A stretch of 62,130 nt of DNA, the filler included, from Sluysia triapertura (taxonomy: Eukaryota), in assembly GCA_046118255.1 (NCBI GenBank). It is 5 parts of 5 records of this genome, joined end to end, with 100 filler letters (N's around TTAATTAATTAA, not from the genome) between each part and the next. Parts side by side here need not be neighbours in the genome. Positions count along the whole stretch, not along the records: positions 38,428 to 50,489 come from JBJNIA010142833.1; positions 50,590 to 62,130 come from JBJNIA010183490.1; 3 more parts are not named here. One strand, given 5' to 3'. The position numbers and the translations under genes were made by a program. Under the pieces are notes generated by a model. The model was not told the DNA's origin and ran no database searches. It saw only the letters and a list, made by a program, of their open reading frames with translations. Below, in pieces: positions 40,509 to 52,438 of the stretch (its first letter is position 1; the number at the start of each line of letters is the position of its first letter).

Positions 40509-43500
40509 TTAGTTTCATGACAGATAAAAAGTTTATTTTGTTTATAATTTTCTTATTTGAACACAAATTAAATAAAAATAATCTGAATTTCATTTGTAAA
40601 TGTAATTTTGAGATGATAATTTTCCTATTATGCAGAATGATAATACTAGCATTTATAATATTAATTTAACATGGTTTTGTACGACACGATATGAATAAAT
40701 TCAATATAATGAAACGAATTAATAGCGTGTTTGTTTACATAAGGTTTTTATTTCATATGTACTTTACTTAATAAGTTATATTTTACTATTTTTTAATATT
40801 TAATTTCATAAAATGTTAAGGTCTTAATGTTAGCAATCATTAAAATGTTCGTGCAACTAGATGAAAGTGAAAGTGTTTATAAAATTCGATAGCTTTAATA
40901 AATAATTCCTATAAATTAAACATCTATTAATATGGTAAATAAAGAAACAGTAGTATAGTCTTTCCACGTTATTAAATCAAAAAAGGGCTTTTCAAATCTT
41001 CAGAAATGGCAGAATAGACGATCAGAGTGTAGCTAGAGATAAATGACAGAAAATAAACAATGTTTAATGAAAATTTCTTTTAAATTATTTATAATTGCAT
41101 GCTTCATTATTTAGTTAAAGATTTCGTATTGAATTAATTATTGAATTAATTAACAAAACTTTATCATTATCAAAAAATACATTATACATCAAATTAGGTA
41201 AAAGATTTGTGTTGATAAATTACCATAAGATCTTAAAGTGGTACTTAAAAACTAAGAGATGTTGGTATTGCTAAGTCACTAAATTCGTACAGTTGTTTAA
41301 TATTAAGAATATATAAAAATTGAGGCATTTCTGTAAGTGTTTTTATTTATGTAATTCAATAGCTAAACAATTGCTAAAAACATTGCAAGATTAACAGTTG
41401 AATTTTACAAATTCATTAACATTGATCTAAAACAAATTTTGTCTAAATTTGACTTATCATTTAATAAAGTTGTAAGAATCCCATTATTTCAAAATAAAAT
41501 TATAGTAGAAAAATAATTGAAATTATTGCACTTATTCAAAAAATACATAAAACGTTTAAAAATAACAGAAAATATCTTGACAAACACAAAAAAACACTTA
41601 GAAACAGCAATATACAAATTAGAAATTAGCAAACAAACATAAATAGAAAAGGAAAAATTCCGTTATACTTAATTAGCATCCAAAAATATCTACAAATCAC
41701 ACTCAGATGCCAACATGGAAAATCAGCTATAAAACGAAAGATGGGGATCGTTTTTCTTCAGTATTACTAAATTAAAATTTTTATATTTTATAAAAGCTCA
41801 TTTTAACTGTTAGTATCACCAAAACGTTGACTGTTACATTAAAATTAATGTAATTTATTAATCAAATTTTTGTACTATGTATAACTTGAAAAACTTTAAC
41901 TCATGCTTATAAATTGCACTTCTATCTAAATCGATAAATTATAATTAAGGTTATAAAGTTTAAGTTATAATGCGATACATTTTTCATAAAGAATTAATAA
42001 TAAAACAGTATTGAAAACTAAGATTATAAAATATCAAAATTTTAAAAAAATCTTAAATTTATTAACGTTTCTAATTTATTTACATGTTGAAACCTTGATC
42101 AAAGTCGCTTAACTTGATTAAGGTTTTTAATTTATTTTCGAATATGAAATTTCTTTCATTTATTATTTTTCGAAGTTTTTCTTCAGAAGTTCAATTTCAA
42201 AATCAGTTTCTTTTTGTTAGGTATTTCGTTTGACATAGATTTAGTTTAATCCCGTCTATTTCCTCTATATTAAGAAGTTTTCTTTCTTTTATTTTTTTTG
42301 TTACAATTTGAAAAATAAAGAAAATGAAATAAATGAATAATTGACCTTGTGGTCAGTATAAAACAAAATCATTTTTGAAAATTAAAAAAATAAGAAATTA
42401 ATGTAATGAATTAAAATAATAACAAAAAAAAACAATTCTATTTCATTTTATTTTTATTAATTTAATTTTAGAATTGGATGAAGGAAACTATTATGTTGGA
42501 CTGAATGAATGAAAGTTTAAGTAGTTATTGTCAAGATTTAATAAAATTTGTGATAAGATTTAAGTAAAAGTGGAAAATCTTATAAAAGGATCTCGAAAAA
42601 TCTAAATAATTGTAAAATAATGCATTTAAGATTTTCTAACTTATTTGTTTTAAATATTTAATTAAAACTATTGAATGTACATTTCATTTTGATATTCTGT
42701 TCTTAAATAATTCAGATTGTAATTTCTGTCTTTTGTTATCTGTGTTTTTTGTATTTAAAATGCATTTTTGTTGTCAATATTGCAAATATTCAAAAAATAG
42801 AAAATTCAAAAACTTACATATTCTCTGTGCAATGGTAATCACTAAATTAATTTTTTACTTATAGTTTAAACTTTATGACTAAGGAAAATTTATTTAGATT
42901 TTAGCTTGCAGTATAAAATAAACCAATTAATTTAATATCAATGTAAATATTTTACCTGAAATGTCAAATTTTAATAATCGATTATATGATTATGTAACAA
43001 GAAAATATACAATGAAAAATTAAATTCTGAAATCGTATTTTAGCAATCATCAGATAATAAATAACTTTTTACTACTCATAATTAATAATATAGATTTAAA
43101 AATTTACAACAGCAAAATATAAATAGTTATTTTAAAAATTATCTGAAATTGTCTATAAATAAAAAATTAATATTTGATATTAAGTAATCATTCAATTTAA
43201 TAAACGTTTTGTTTTCTAGTATACCTTCATCAGAACAAGAATATTGTAGTAGTACTGTTGAATTCAAGCTTAATAAAATTATTTATATTTAATTATTATT
43301 CTTTACAAAACTCCAAATGACTCTTTGGATACTTCCTGTGTCAATAAATTAATATGCACTTGTGATAAATTAAACAATTAGACTTTCAATACAAATTCTG
43401 TAAAACGTTACTCTTCCTTAATATCATTGAGTTACTTTATAATAGATTCTCAAGTTTAGTCAATACATACTTTACTCCTCAATAATACTTTAAATATCTT

Positions 43501-44063
43501 CACTTATATAAATTATTGTTAGTCAGCAAAAACCTAAACTCTTTATCGTTTTACTATTCTAATAATATTTTTTATTCTATCTGGAAGTATAAGTTCGGAT
43601 ACTTGTTCCGATAACTTGGAATAGAAACGCAGAATAGTCTTATTTTATTAAAATCAAATGTCACTCTATTTAATGAGAATACTCGAATTTACCTTAGATT
43701 ATTAAATCGACAAAATTTATTTTGTTTAACTTAGTCAATACACTTTAATTCTATTCCAATCAATGAAAATAAATATTTTTTCTTTTATCTTTACGTAGTT
43801 CAATTTTATATTCTTCTTTGGGGCTCTCCTTTTCACTAATTAAAGACAACAACAAAACTTAAACATAAAAAACAAAAACTTAATTAATTAATTAATTGAT
43901 ACAATAATATTGATAATTAATATAAATAGTACAACAATAATGATTTTAAATATTACTCTCAAAGTATTTTTTAACTGTCTGTATTGCTGATATAAATGTA
44001 TCCACGGAAAATCTCGATCTCAAACTTCTCCCAGTAAAATTTGATTTTGTATTACCTTTATAG

Positions 44064-44293
44064 AATATCATTTTAAAATGATTATTTATTTTATTTTAAT
44101 CTAAAACTAATTGTTAATTTGTTCTTAAATTTTGAATTTATATTGACTCTATTAAATCTCATTTTAAATTGATGAAAAGCATTATAATCTTAATGAACAT
44201 GATTTTAATTTTACTTTAAAAATAATTTTCATTTTAAATAAATTTAAATTAAATCAATTTTAGATTTTAAAAATTAATGAATATTATGCGACG
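44064..44293 (+). repeat. AT-rich dispersed repeat, copy 3
   Basis: Direct copy of 27312-27555. Confidence 0.75.
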
Positions 44294-44975
44294 GTACAAT
44301 AGTTTAAATTTTCAACAAGAGATATTGTGCATCCATCAAATCTATTTCACGATTATTTAATGAATTTGTTCGCCGAGTTGCACTTTCAATAAGCTTTCTA
44401 TAATCTAATTTTTATGACCTAATTTCAAACATTAATATTACAACAAAAAAAATATTTAAACTCTGTTTTTAATACTTGCCACCGTTTCTGAATCAGCAAC
44501 TTAAATAACATATATAATCTTTAATCATTAATCAATTTATATCCTATTATGTACGTTTTTCCTGTCGAAATTGAAAAGTATTCTCGGTGATCCGAAAGAA
44601 CAAGACAAACTTAAGAATTTCAATAAAAATGACCTGTACTCTTTATGTCCTCATAAAACAATGTGTCAGAAATTCATTGACGAATCATTTGCAATTTGAT
44701 GTGGAAAAGCCTTGCAAAGTTTTTGGAATATGCAGGGCAAATGTATCGTCGAAAAATAATGGTCCTACTTTTGAAGATTCTGAATTGGCATTGAGAATGT
44801 TACCATGTTATCTAAACGGATTTATTCAAATGAAAATCTGATTAAATTAGAGGCCTTTATCCAAAAAGGTGTTGGCATTAATTTCGGTGTTTGAAAACTG
44901 AATGTAATGAATTTGTCATTCAGTATTTGCGTTTGGTTTTCAAAATGATTATTTCCGAATTGTAACCAAATTATA

Positions 44976-45178
44976 CCGTATCAATGCAATAATTGTTCTA
45001 AAGCATTTATGCAAAGATGTTCATTGGAAAGTCACTTAAAAATGTGCTTAATGTTACAATACCATATGCATTTAAATAACGACACGAAAAATTGTACACA
45101 TGTGTGATACGTGGTTTTAATACAACGAAAATAGATTTGTTTTGTAATCATATGAGTGGCATTCAGCTCGATTATTAA
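44976..45178 (+). pseudogene. Ovo/Shavenbaby/Ovol-type C2H2 zinc fingers 3-4, disrupted
   Basis: PYQCNNCSKAFMQRCSLESHLK/NVLNVTIPYAFK*RHEKLYTCVIRGFNTTKIDLFCNHM. QRCSLESH and YAxKERxxKxYxC are diagnostic of the Ovo family. Not in the ORF track. Confidence 0.88.
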
Positions 45179-46059
45179 ACAAGTTACACAAAAAACTGTG
45201 TTAGATAGAAAAACATTACAAATGATCTATTTATAAATAGTTTAATTTTATTATCTTAATATTAATATTTTAATATTTGATTGTATAATATCACAATAGT
45301 GTACGAATTTATTGGTGTCGAATAAAAAACAAAAACATTCAATGTTTAAATCAATTCATTGAAGTTTAAACTTAATATTTTCATTAATTTTACAATAATT
45401 GTTGCATAACAGTAGAAATAAGCGCTTGTATATCGTTTTTTATTAAGATAATACATAGAGTTTAAATAACATCATGAACACATTTAGAATGGAAAAAATT
45501 TTTCAAAACTTGTTGCGTCTTTAAATATTATTAGTTATGATAACTTAACATTATCTTGATTAGCTTAAAAGAATCTTAATAATTTAAGTAGTCACTATAT
45601 CAAGTATAATTTTGCAATAATTATTAATAACTATTCCCCCAAAATTAAGCTCTTAAAAATCAAATCAAAATAAGGCAATAATTTACTGTTAAACAAAAAT
45701 CAAATTAGAATTTATTGTTATTAGTACGACTCTTCACTAAACAATACTAAAAATAACTAAAATGACAAAATTAACAACAACGTTGATAATGATATTAAGA
45801 ATACTACAATCTAACTAAAAAAATCGGAAGTGATGCAACGGACACTAACAATATCAATATCTAGAAAGTTAATAATAATTGTGCTACTTAAATATTTTTA
45901 GTTAACGTAACCAAGAGTAATCACGATTAGAGATCCTTTCTAAAACTTAATAGTAATATTTAAAGTAGGAATATTTAATGTTTCGATAAAATAAATGACT
46001 GAAAATAAAATCAAACAACTTACAATAAAAGTAGCACAATATTAACTTATATTAAAATT

Positions 46060-46231
46060 ATCAAGGTATTCTTTAGCTGTTAAAACTACCGTAAATGCTT
46101 TAATTTTTGCGACTCGCATTTCAACGCTGTCTACAACGCTGAATCCATTACTTGGTATCAGTTCTTTCTTTGTTTTATAATTCTATATGTTTCTCAGGCA
46201 TTTTCTAATACACAGTATGGCAATCCCAACA
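46060..46231 (+). mobile_element. TGTTGGGA-family element, copy F (terminal fragment)
   Basis: Reverse complement TGTTGGGATTGCCATACTGTG...GAGAAACATATAGAATTATAAAAC...GAACTGATACCAAGTAATGGATT matches the D, E and B termini. Confidence 0.75.
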
Positions 46232-46391
46232 CAACGGGAGTAATAATGTTTATTTTGCTATTACACATTATGTACATTATTGTAATTGGGTTTCGACTTT
46301 TGAGAGTTCCCGTATCTAGTACTATACAAGATATATACCTTCCCATGTTAGTGTTGATGATGACGGTAATTCTATTTTAAATTCCAATGAA

Positions 46392-46406
46392 AATAATAAT
46401 AATAGC

Positions 46407-46457
<51 letters not shown>
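46392..46457. repeat. (TAA)n microsatellite
   Basis: Read directly. Confidence 0.95.
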
Positions 46458-48289
46458 TGCAATAAATAACATTTCACTGCGTGTGTATTTCTATAATTGA
46501 ACAATAATTTAAAGTAAACATTTGATAAAAGTTATGTTTGTTCACCATTAAAAACTAAAAAATACCTAGTAACATCAAATTAAATCATCATTGAATAAAG
46601 ATTTTAACATAATTTTTACCAATAAAATAGCACTAAATAAATATTTCCAGTTATAAACTTAAATAAATGTTTCATAATATCAAATATTCTATTATATTCT
46701 AAAAATCTTATAAAACATCAACCTAATACTTTTATTGATGATGTAAAATATTGTGAAAAAGTGTAATAGATTTACAATAAAATACACAATATAATGTGAG
46801 TTCACCTACATTCCTAGTCTTACGCGTTATGGTTACTCCGTAGGATTTTAAGGAAAAATAAAATAGTGAAGTTATGGAGTTACTCGAAGTTAGAATTAAT
46901 CTTAGTTTCTTAGCAGCGTGCAACTCTGTTTGTATGAATGATGCTTTGATAGTTGAAATTAAGTTTAAAATTGATTTTATTAAGGTTTCCTCAAACAGAA
47001 CTTGATAAATGAATGAAAAATGTGTAGATTTTAGGATATTATTAATTATTCAGAAATTTAATTGATGAATAATTAATTTTTTTGACAAAAGAAGTTTACT
47101 CAGGATCTGCTTAAATGGATCATTTTAATAATTTATTTAGAATTTATATAAATTAAAACTTTTATATTGTATTAGCACAAGGTTAAAAAGTTGAAAATAT
47201 ATAATAATTGTTCTTTGATGAGTATAAAAATTTTATAACGATCATCTTCGATAATCTTAAGTAATATATTTTGAAATGAATTTTTCTCTGCAACTAATTT
47301 AAAAAGTTGCTCAAAATCACAATTTTATATTTTAAGTGGATTTTTTCTGAACTAGATTAAATTTGTGGATAAAACTTATAGAGTTAAAACTACAGTTATA
47401 ATTATAAATCTTTTAAAGTCCCATGTGTCTGAAGTTAATCACCAAATCTGATGAGAGATATTTTTAGCACTTGTAAATTTATGTTTTTTCTTAATTCTTA
47501 TATAGTTGATTTTTGATTTAACCTTGACGTTCATTAAACAAAATTTTATTTTCTTCAAACTTGATAATTTTATTATTGTATATTCTTTAAACTGTATAAT
47601 TTTAGATGCTCATCAAAATAAAAAGTAAAATATAAAACGATGTACTTTCAAATATATCAAATATGTGATCCAAATAATTTATTGCAATTAATTAATAAAT
47701 TCAAAACAATATAAATCGATAAAGATTACAGTTTCATAAAATCATTAAAGTTATAATTACACAAAACAATATGTAAATAAAAGGAGTAGAGGAAATTTAG
47801 TTCTTTATAAAAGGTATAACTTATTAATTTAATTATGGTTTGACGTAATTTCAGATTTCGGTTAAGATTTATTTCAATCTCAAAGCCAAATAGTAAGAAT
47901 TGTGGACAGTTTATTTCAGCTGCCATCCAATACTTAAATTCCTTGAAACTTAAATTTATTTTACTTTATACGTTTCAGTAAAATTATGTTTTTGAAATAT
48001 TCTGAGCGCAAAATTATGATTTTCACATTATTAATGAGGTTTCGTTTTACTCCAAAGATGAAAAGAAAATAATATACAACTTGTTCAATTCTAATATACA
48101 CTTGATTTATACAATAATGATAAAATACATAATAAAAATAAAACTCAAAAGAATTAATAACAGATTTATGCAAAACTTTAATTAAGATACATGACCACTT
48201 ACAGATTTTTCGCGTCACTATGAGATATTATTCAAGATAATGATGCATTGTTAATTTACCTCGATAAAAATTAAATTTTATTAAGCTGT

Positions 48290-48620
48290 CTAGTGAACTC
48301 CAAGCTAACTCGTAATAATCACAAACACCAACACAAACCAACACATCTTACATATTCAAATTAATTAACAGATTACTCAACACATTCAAAACATAAACGT
48401 AGAAATAATAATTTATAATTACTACAATTTTACGATTATTATTGTCATAATAATTATCATAATAATAATAATAATAATAACTATTGTCACAATAATATTA
48501 AATTGTTGAGTTTTTGAGATTGTTACTCTTGTGACTGCTTTTGTTGTTACGATAGTGTTTTCATGTTTTTGTTTTTTTCATGCAAATTTTTATTCTTGCT
48601 TGCATTTTGTCACTATTCTC
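48290..48620 (+). repeat. Divergent relative of the 7291/10334 repeat
   Basis: acatcttacatattcaaa...actcaacacattcaaaacataaac resembles acatctcttacatacacag...acttgactcattcaaaaaacaaac. Confidence 0.45.
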
Positions 48621-48649
48621 ATTATTATTTCTGTTACATCTATTTCATT

Positions 48650-49452
48650 TAATGCTAACAATCATTTGTAACGAATCTGCAGCTCGAAAGTACTTGCATC
48701 TACTGGCTTCAGACGTAATTTAATATCAAAATTTTTCAAATTTTACCAATTAATGCTTATCCGAATATGAAAGTTAAGTATAATTATTTTCGATATCATT
48801 CAGAGTTATTTCAAATTAAAAAATCATCAATTGATATGATAAAATCGGATTTTTATGATTGTGTAAATGTTTCATTTAAAATTGAATTCTTAATTCAATG
48901 CGAAATTGAAACTAATTTACAAACTGAAAAAATTATGTGAATTATTGCAATTACATAATGAAATAATCGATCACTGTAGTTGTTTTTCAATTCAATACTT
49001 CTAAAATATGTATTGAGTTTGTTCCAGCAATGTTTTTAAAGAAAACTATACAATGGTTTTCAATAAAACAACTTCAAATCAAACATCATTGGATAAAATT
49101 ATCAGTTCATTTGATGAGGGAAAAAAATTAACTAATGATTATATTTGACAATTTGATATAATGAGAAATATTACTATTAAATACAAAATACTGTCAAAAT
49201 GTGTACCTTTATGTAAACAAATCGAATATCGTGTTAAAACAATATCAAGAAAAATTAGTTATTATGATCCAATATACGAAATAATTTTAAAATATCAAAT
49301 AGATTCACAAACAACAAATATTTCTCAATTATATCCATAGATACATTTTATTCAAGGAAGGTATGGTTATTATAGTACTTACATAATGGGTTTACATCTT
49401 TCTTTAATATCACCTGAAATAAAACTAACTCAACAATCAGTTATTTATTAGT
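48650..49452 (+). pseudogene. Decayed ORF of unknown function
   Basis: Long coding-like frames with scattered stops (QILPINAYPNMKVKYNYFRYHSELFQIKK...; KCVPLCKQIEYRVKTISRKISYYDPIYEIILKY...). Confidence 0.35.
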
Positions 49453-49561
49453 GGATGTTCTAAGTCTTAACTGCATCAGCCTAAATTGCATATTCACTAC
49501 CTTTCATTTGTGTGTGTATAAGTCTGAGTGAATGAGTATACATGTATATATGCGATGGAAA

Positions 49562-50489
49562 TTGATCTAAATGTTGCCGGTGCACCTGTTAATCCGAACG
49601 GAATCTTTTCACATTCTTATAACTCATCTCCACATGAAAATGCTGTTTTATGTTTATCCTTCTCGGCTATTTCAATTTGCCAATAACCGCTCTGCAGATC
49701 TAATGTAAAATATTTAGCATTTCCTAACTTGTCTAACATCTCATCGATTCTTGGTAGTGGAAATACATCTTTTCTTGTAATTTTATTTAATTCTCTAAAA
49801 TCGATACAAAATCTCATAGTACCATCCTTTTCCCTAACTAATAACACTGGTGAAGAGAATGGAGAGAAGCTTGGTCTGATTACTCCAGCCTTTTTCATTG
49901 TATCTATTTGGTCTTTCATTTCTTGTTGATTACATAATGGAATTCTATAAAGTTTCTTTCTAATTACTTTATCTTCTATTAATGGAATTTCGTGTTTTAT
50001 TATAACGGAATCTCCAATATCATATTTATTTCTTGCTATTGCCCAAGGATATCTATAAATAATTTTGTATAATGTTTCTTTTTGCTGCTTAGTTAAGTTT
50101 TTATTCGTAATTTGTATTTCTTCGTAATCTTCTTCATCATCTTCAATGTTTCTTTGTAATTTTATATTTTTATTCCTTGGTTTATCATCTAATATTGTAT
50201 TTATTTGAGTCTGCAAAATATAATTGACTATCTTTCCTAGTTTTGTTCCTGCATAAATCCATTTATTTTCATCCGTATAATTTATTATTCTTACTGGTAC
50301 GTTTCCATCATTAATTCTACATATTGAATCTGCGATTCCTATATTTAATTTTTCTTGATTACCTTGTGAAGCCACAAACATTATTGGTCCATTCCTCAAA
50401 CTATTTGTTTTACCTGGTATTATACATTCTGTTCTTTTTAATAGCCATCTTGGTTCTTCTAAAATAACATCATCATTATCTATTGGTCT
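49562..50489 (-). mobile_element. Ty3/gypsy LTR retrotransposon pol fragment (RT N-terminal half), truncated
   Basis: ORF 49617-50399 has GVIRPSFSPFSSPVLLVREKDGTMRFCIDFRELN, FPLPRIDEML, LDLQSGYWQI and KTAF. After a stop it continues IPFGLTGAPATF. Ends before YxDD. Confidence 0.96.
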
Positions 50490-50589
50490 NNNNNNNNNNN
50501 NNNNNNNNNNNNNNNNNNNNNNNNNNNNNNNNNTTAATTAATTAANNNNNNNNNNNNNNNNNNNNNNNNNNNNNNNNNNNNNNNNNNNN
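50490..50589. other. Assembly linker N44-TTAATTAATTAA-N44
   Basis: Same spacer. Confidence 0.98.
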
Positions 50590-50748
50590 AGGTAGAACAT
50601 AATAAAATTATACTTAATACACTAATCATTGAAATCATTAAGGTTTGAACTGATCAAGATAAAAATAGTGGGTTTAATATTTAACGAGTTCTAAAGACGC
50701 AACAGATGGATTGTTCTGCATATGTTGTTTTCAATCAACCACGTTTCG

Positions 50749-52175
50749 CTATCTAAAACAAACAAAATTTAAGTTATCTTTAATGTAATAATAAAGAATG
50801 TTTACCCTATCATGATCAATAGAACAAACGTTGTCGAATATCTCTGAAGTTGTTAGTCCTTTACATGCGAATAAATTTGTTAATCTAGAGAAATGCTCCA
50901 GCACCTGATTGACAGTGTGCACATATACATAATTAGATCCGAATTTTGTGCATTTGCCATCTTGGTAACTTGCATATGGACAAAGTGCTGGCCTACGAAA
51001 TACATCTGTACTTGATAAATTGTTGAAATAATTGCGTCGAATTGAATTAACAACAACCAATGGGACTGACATTAAATTCTTGAATATATCGTCAAAATGT
51101 TGTCCTTTATGAGGATCAGTATATTGATATACTGAGCATATCTCCAAACACTTATCTTTGTCATCCTTATATAACTGAGATGAGTTAAGTAGTAGAGATT
51201 TATTTGAAATTAACTTTACGCTTGCATTTATTGTTAGTATCTTAAAATATTTCATCACTTTTTATTCAATACACTATTTTATTTATCTTGTACGGCGGTA
51301 ACAAACATTTTTTATATGGTTTAAAGTAATCATAAATTATATTAGTAACTATTGGTTCGAGCTTTACATTTTGATTTAGATCAATCACATCAACATAACT
51401 AATTATATCTCTTCTTATTCGAAAACTCAGCATTTTTTGAATCATCTCAAATTTATCTTTACTGATTTCAAGTGATTAATAAATTTATGGCATCATAAAT
51501 TCATAAAAGGCATGCTCTTTTACATTTTCATTCGATCTTTTCACCTTTAAAATTGCACAACATTGAGAGGATGTTCCGATAGAGTTATTAATGCTTAATC
51601 TAGTTTTATTACTGACACTGGTGATTAGATCTTCCAAATCACAAACTTTGCGTCTGATTACATTTAACATACATCCATTGCTGTCTAGACAAATAAACAG
51701 CTGCTCAAGACTTTGATGGGTAAATTATTTTGAAACATTAATATCAAACCTAGGATAGAGGACCTGTATATAAATATTATAAATGAGAATTTCATCGTTT
51801 TCTCCTGAAATAATAATGCATAAGCGCTTACATATTTCATAACTGTCATCATTACATGCTTTATCAACTTTAAGACATTTGGATGAAAATCGTCTCGGAC
51901 ATGCATAAGTGAATTGGATAAATTATCTAAAATATTTTCAACATTTTACTGTGTACCAGAGAAATTATAACAAAAAATAAAGGAAAATTACAAGAAATAA
52001 ATAATCAATTTATACTAGATTTACAAGTTTACGCAATTGATTTTACACTTCATTCTAAGTTCATTTTCAAATCAATCGAAGTTAATTCATAACCTTGAGC
52101 CAGTCAATTCAATCGAACTATGATTTGATTTTGTATAAATACTCTTGTTTAAGACACTTGCATAAACTTAGCATG
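50749..52175 (-). pseudogene. Decayed gene with Unkempt-type CCCH finger (paralogue 2)
   Basis: ORF 50749-51258 contains ALCPYASYQDGKCTKFGSNYVYVHTVNQ (finger at 50917-50982, third Cys replaced by Tyr). Upstream fragments 51485-51906 are on the same strand. Confidence 0.7.
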
Positions 52176-52401
52176 TAAAATCATTGTAAAATATTATATA
52201 ATTTAATATATTACGACTAAAATAACCGTTATTAAATTTGAAAAAGTAAGATTAAAGTAGACTGCTTAATCTATAATTTAATTATTATAGTCATATATTT
52301 GATATTGTTCATTTGTATTGTTTGTTTGTATTGATTACATATTATATTATATTTTGATGATTGTGTAATATATTAATCATAAGTTTTTGATAATTGAATT
52401 T

Positions 52402-52406
<5 letters not shown>

Positions 52407-52435
<29 letters not shown>
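52407..52435. repeat. (TA)n microsatellite
   Basis: Read directly. Confidence 0.95.

Positions 52436-52438
<3 letters not shown>

Noticed and set aside
49729-49929. Plus-strand ORF
   Set aside because: Antisense shadow of the gypsy RT.
11526-50589. Four identical TTAATTAATTAA motifs inside N runs as a biological repeat
   Set aside because: Fixed 100-bp artificial contig linker with stops in six frames.
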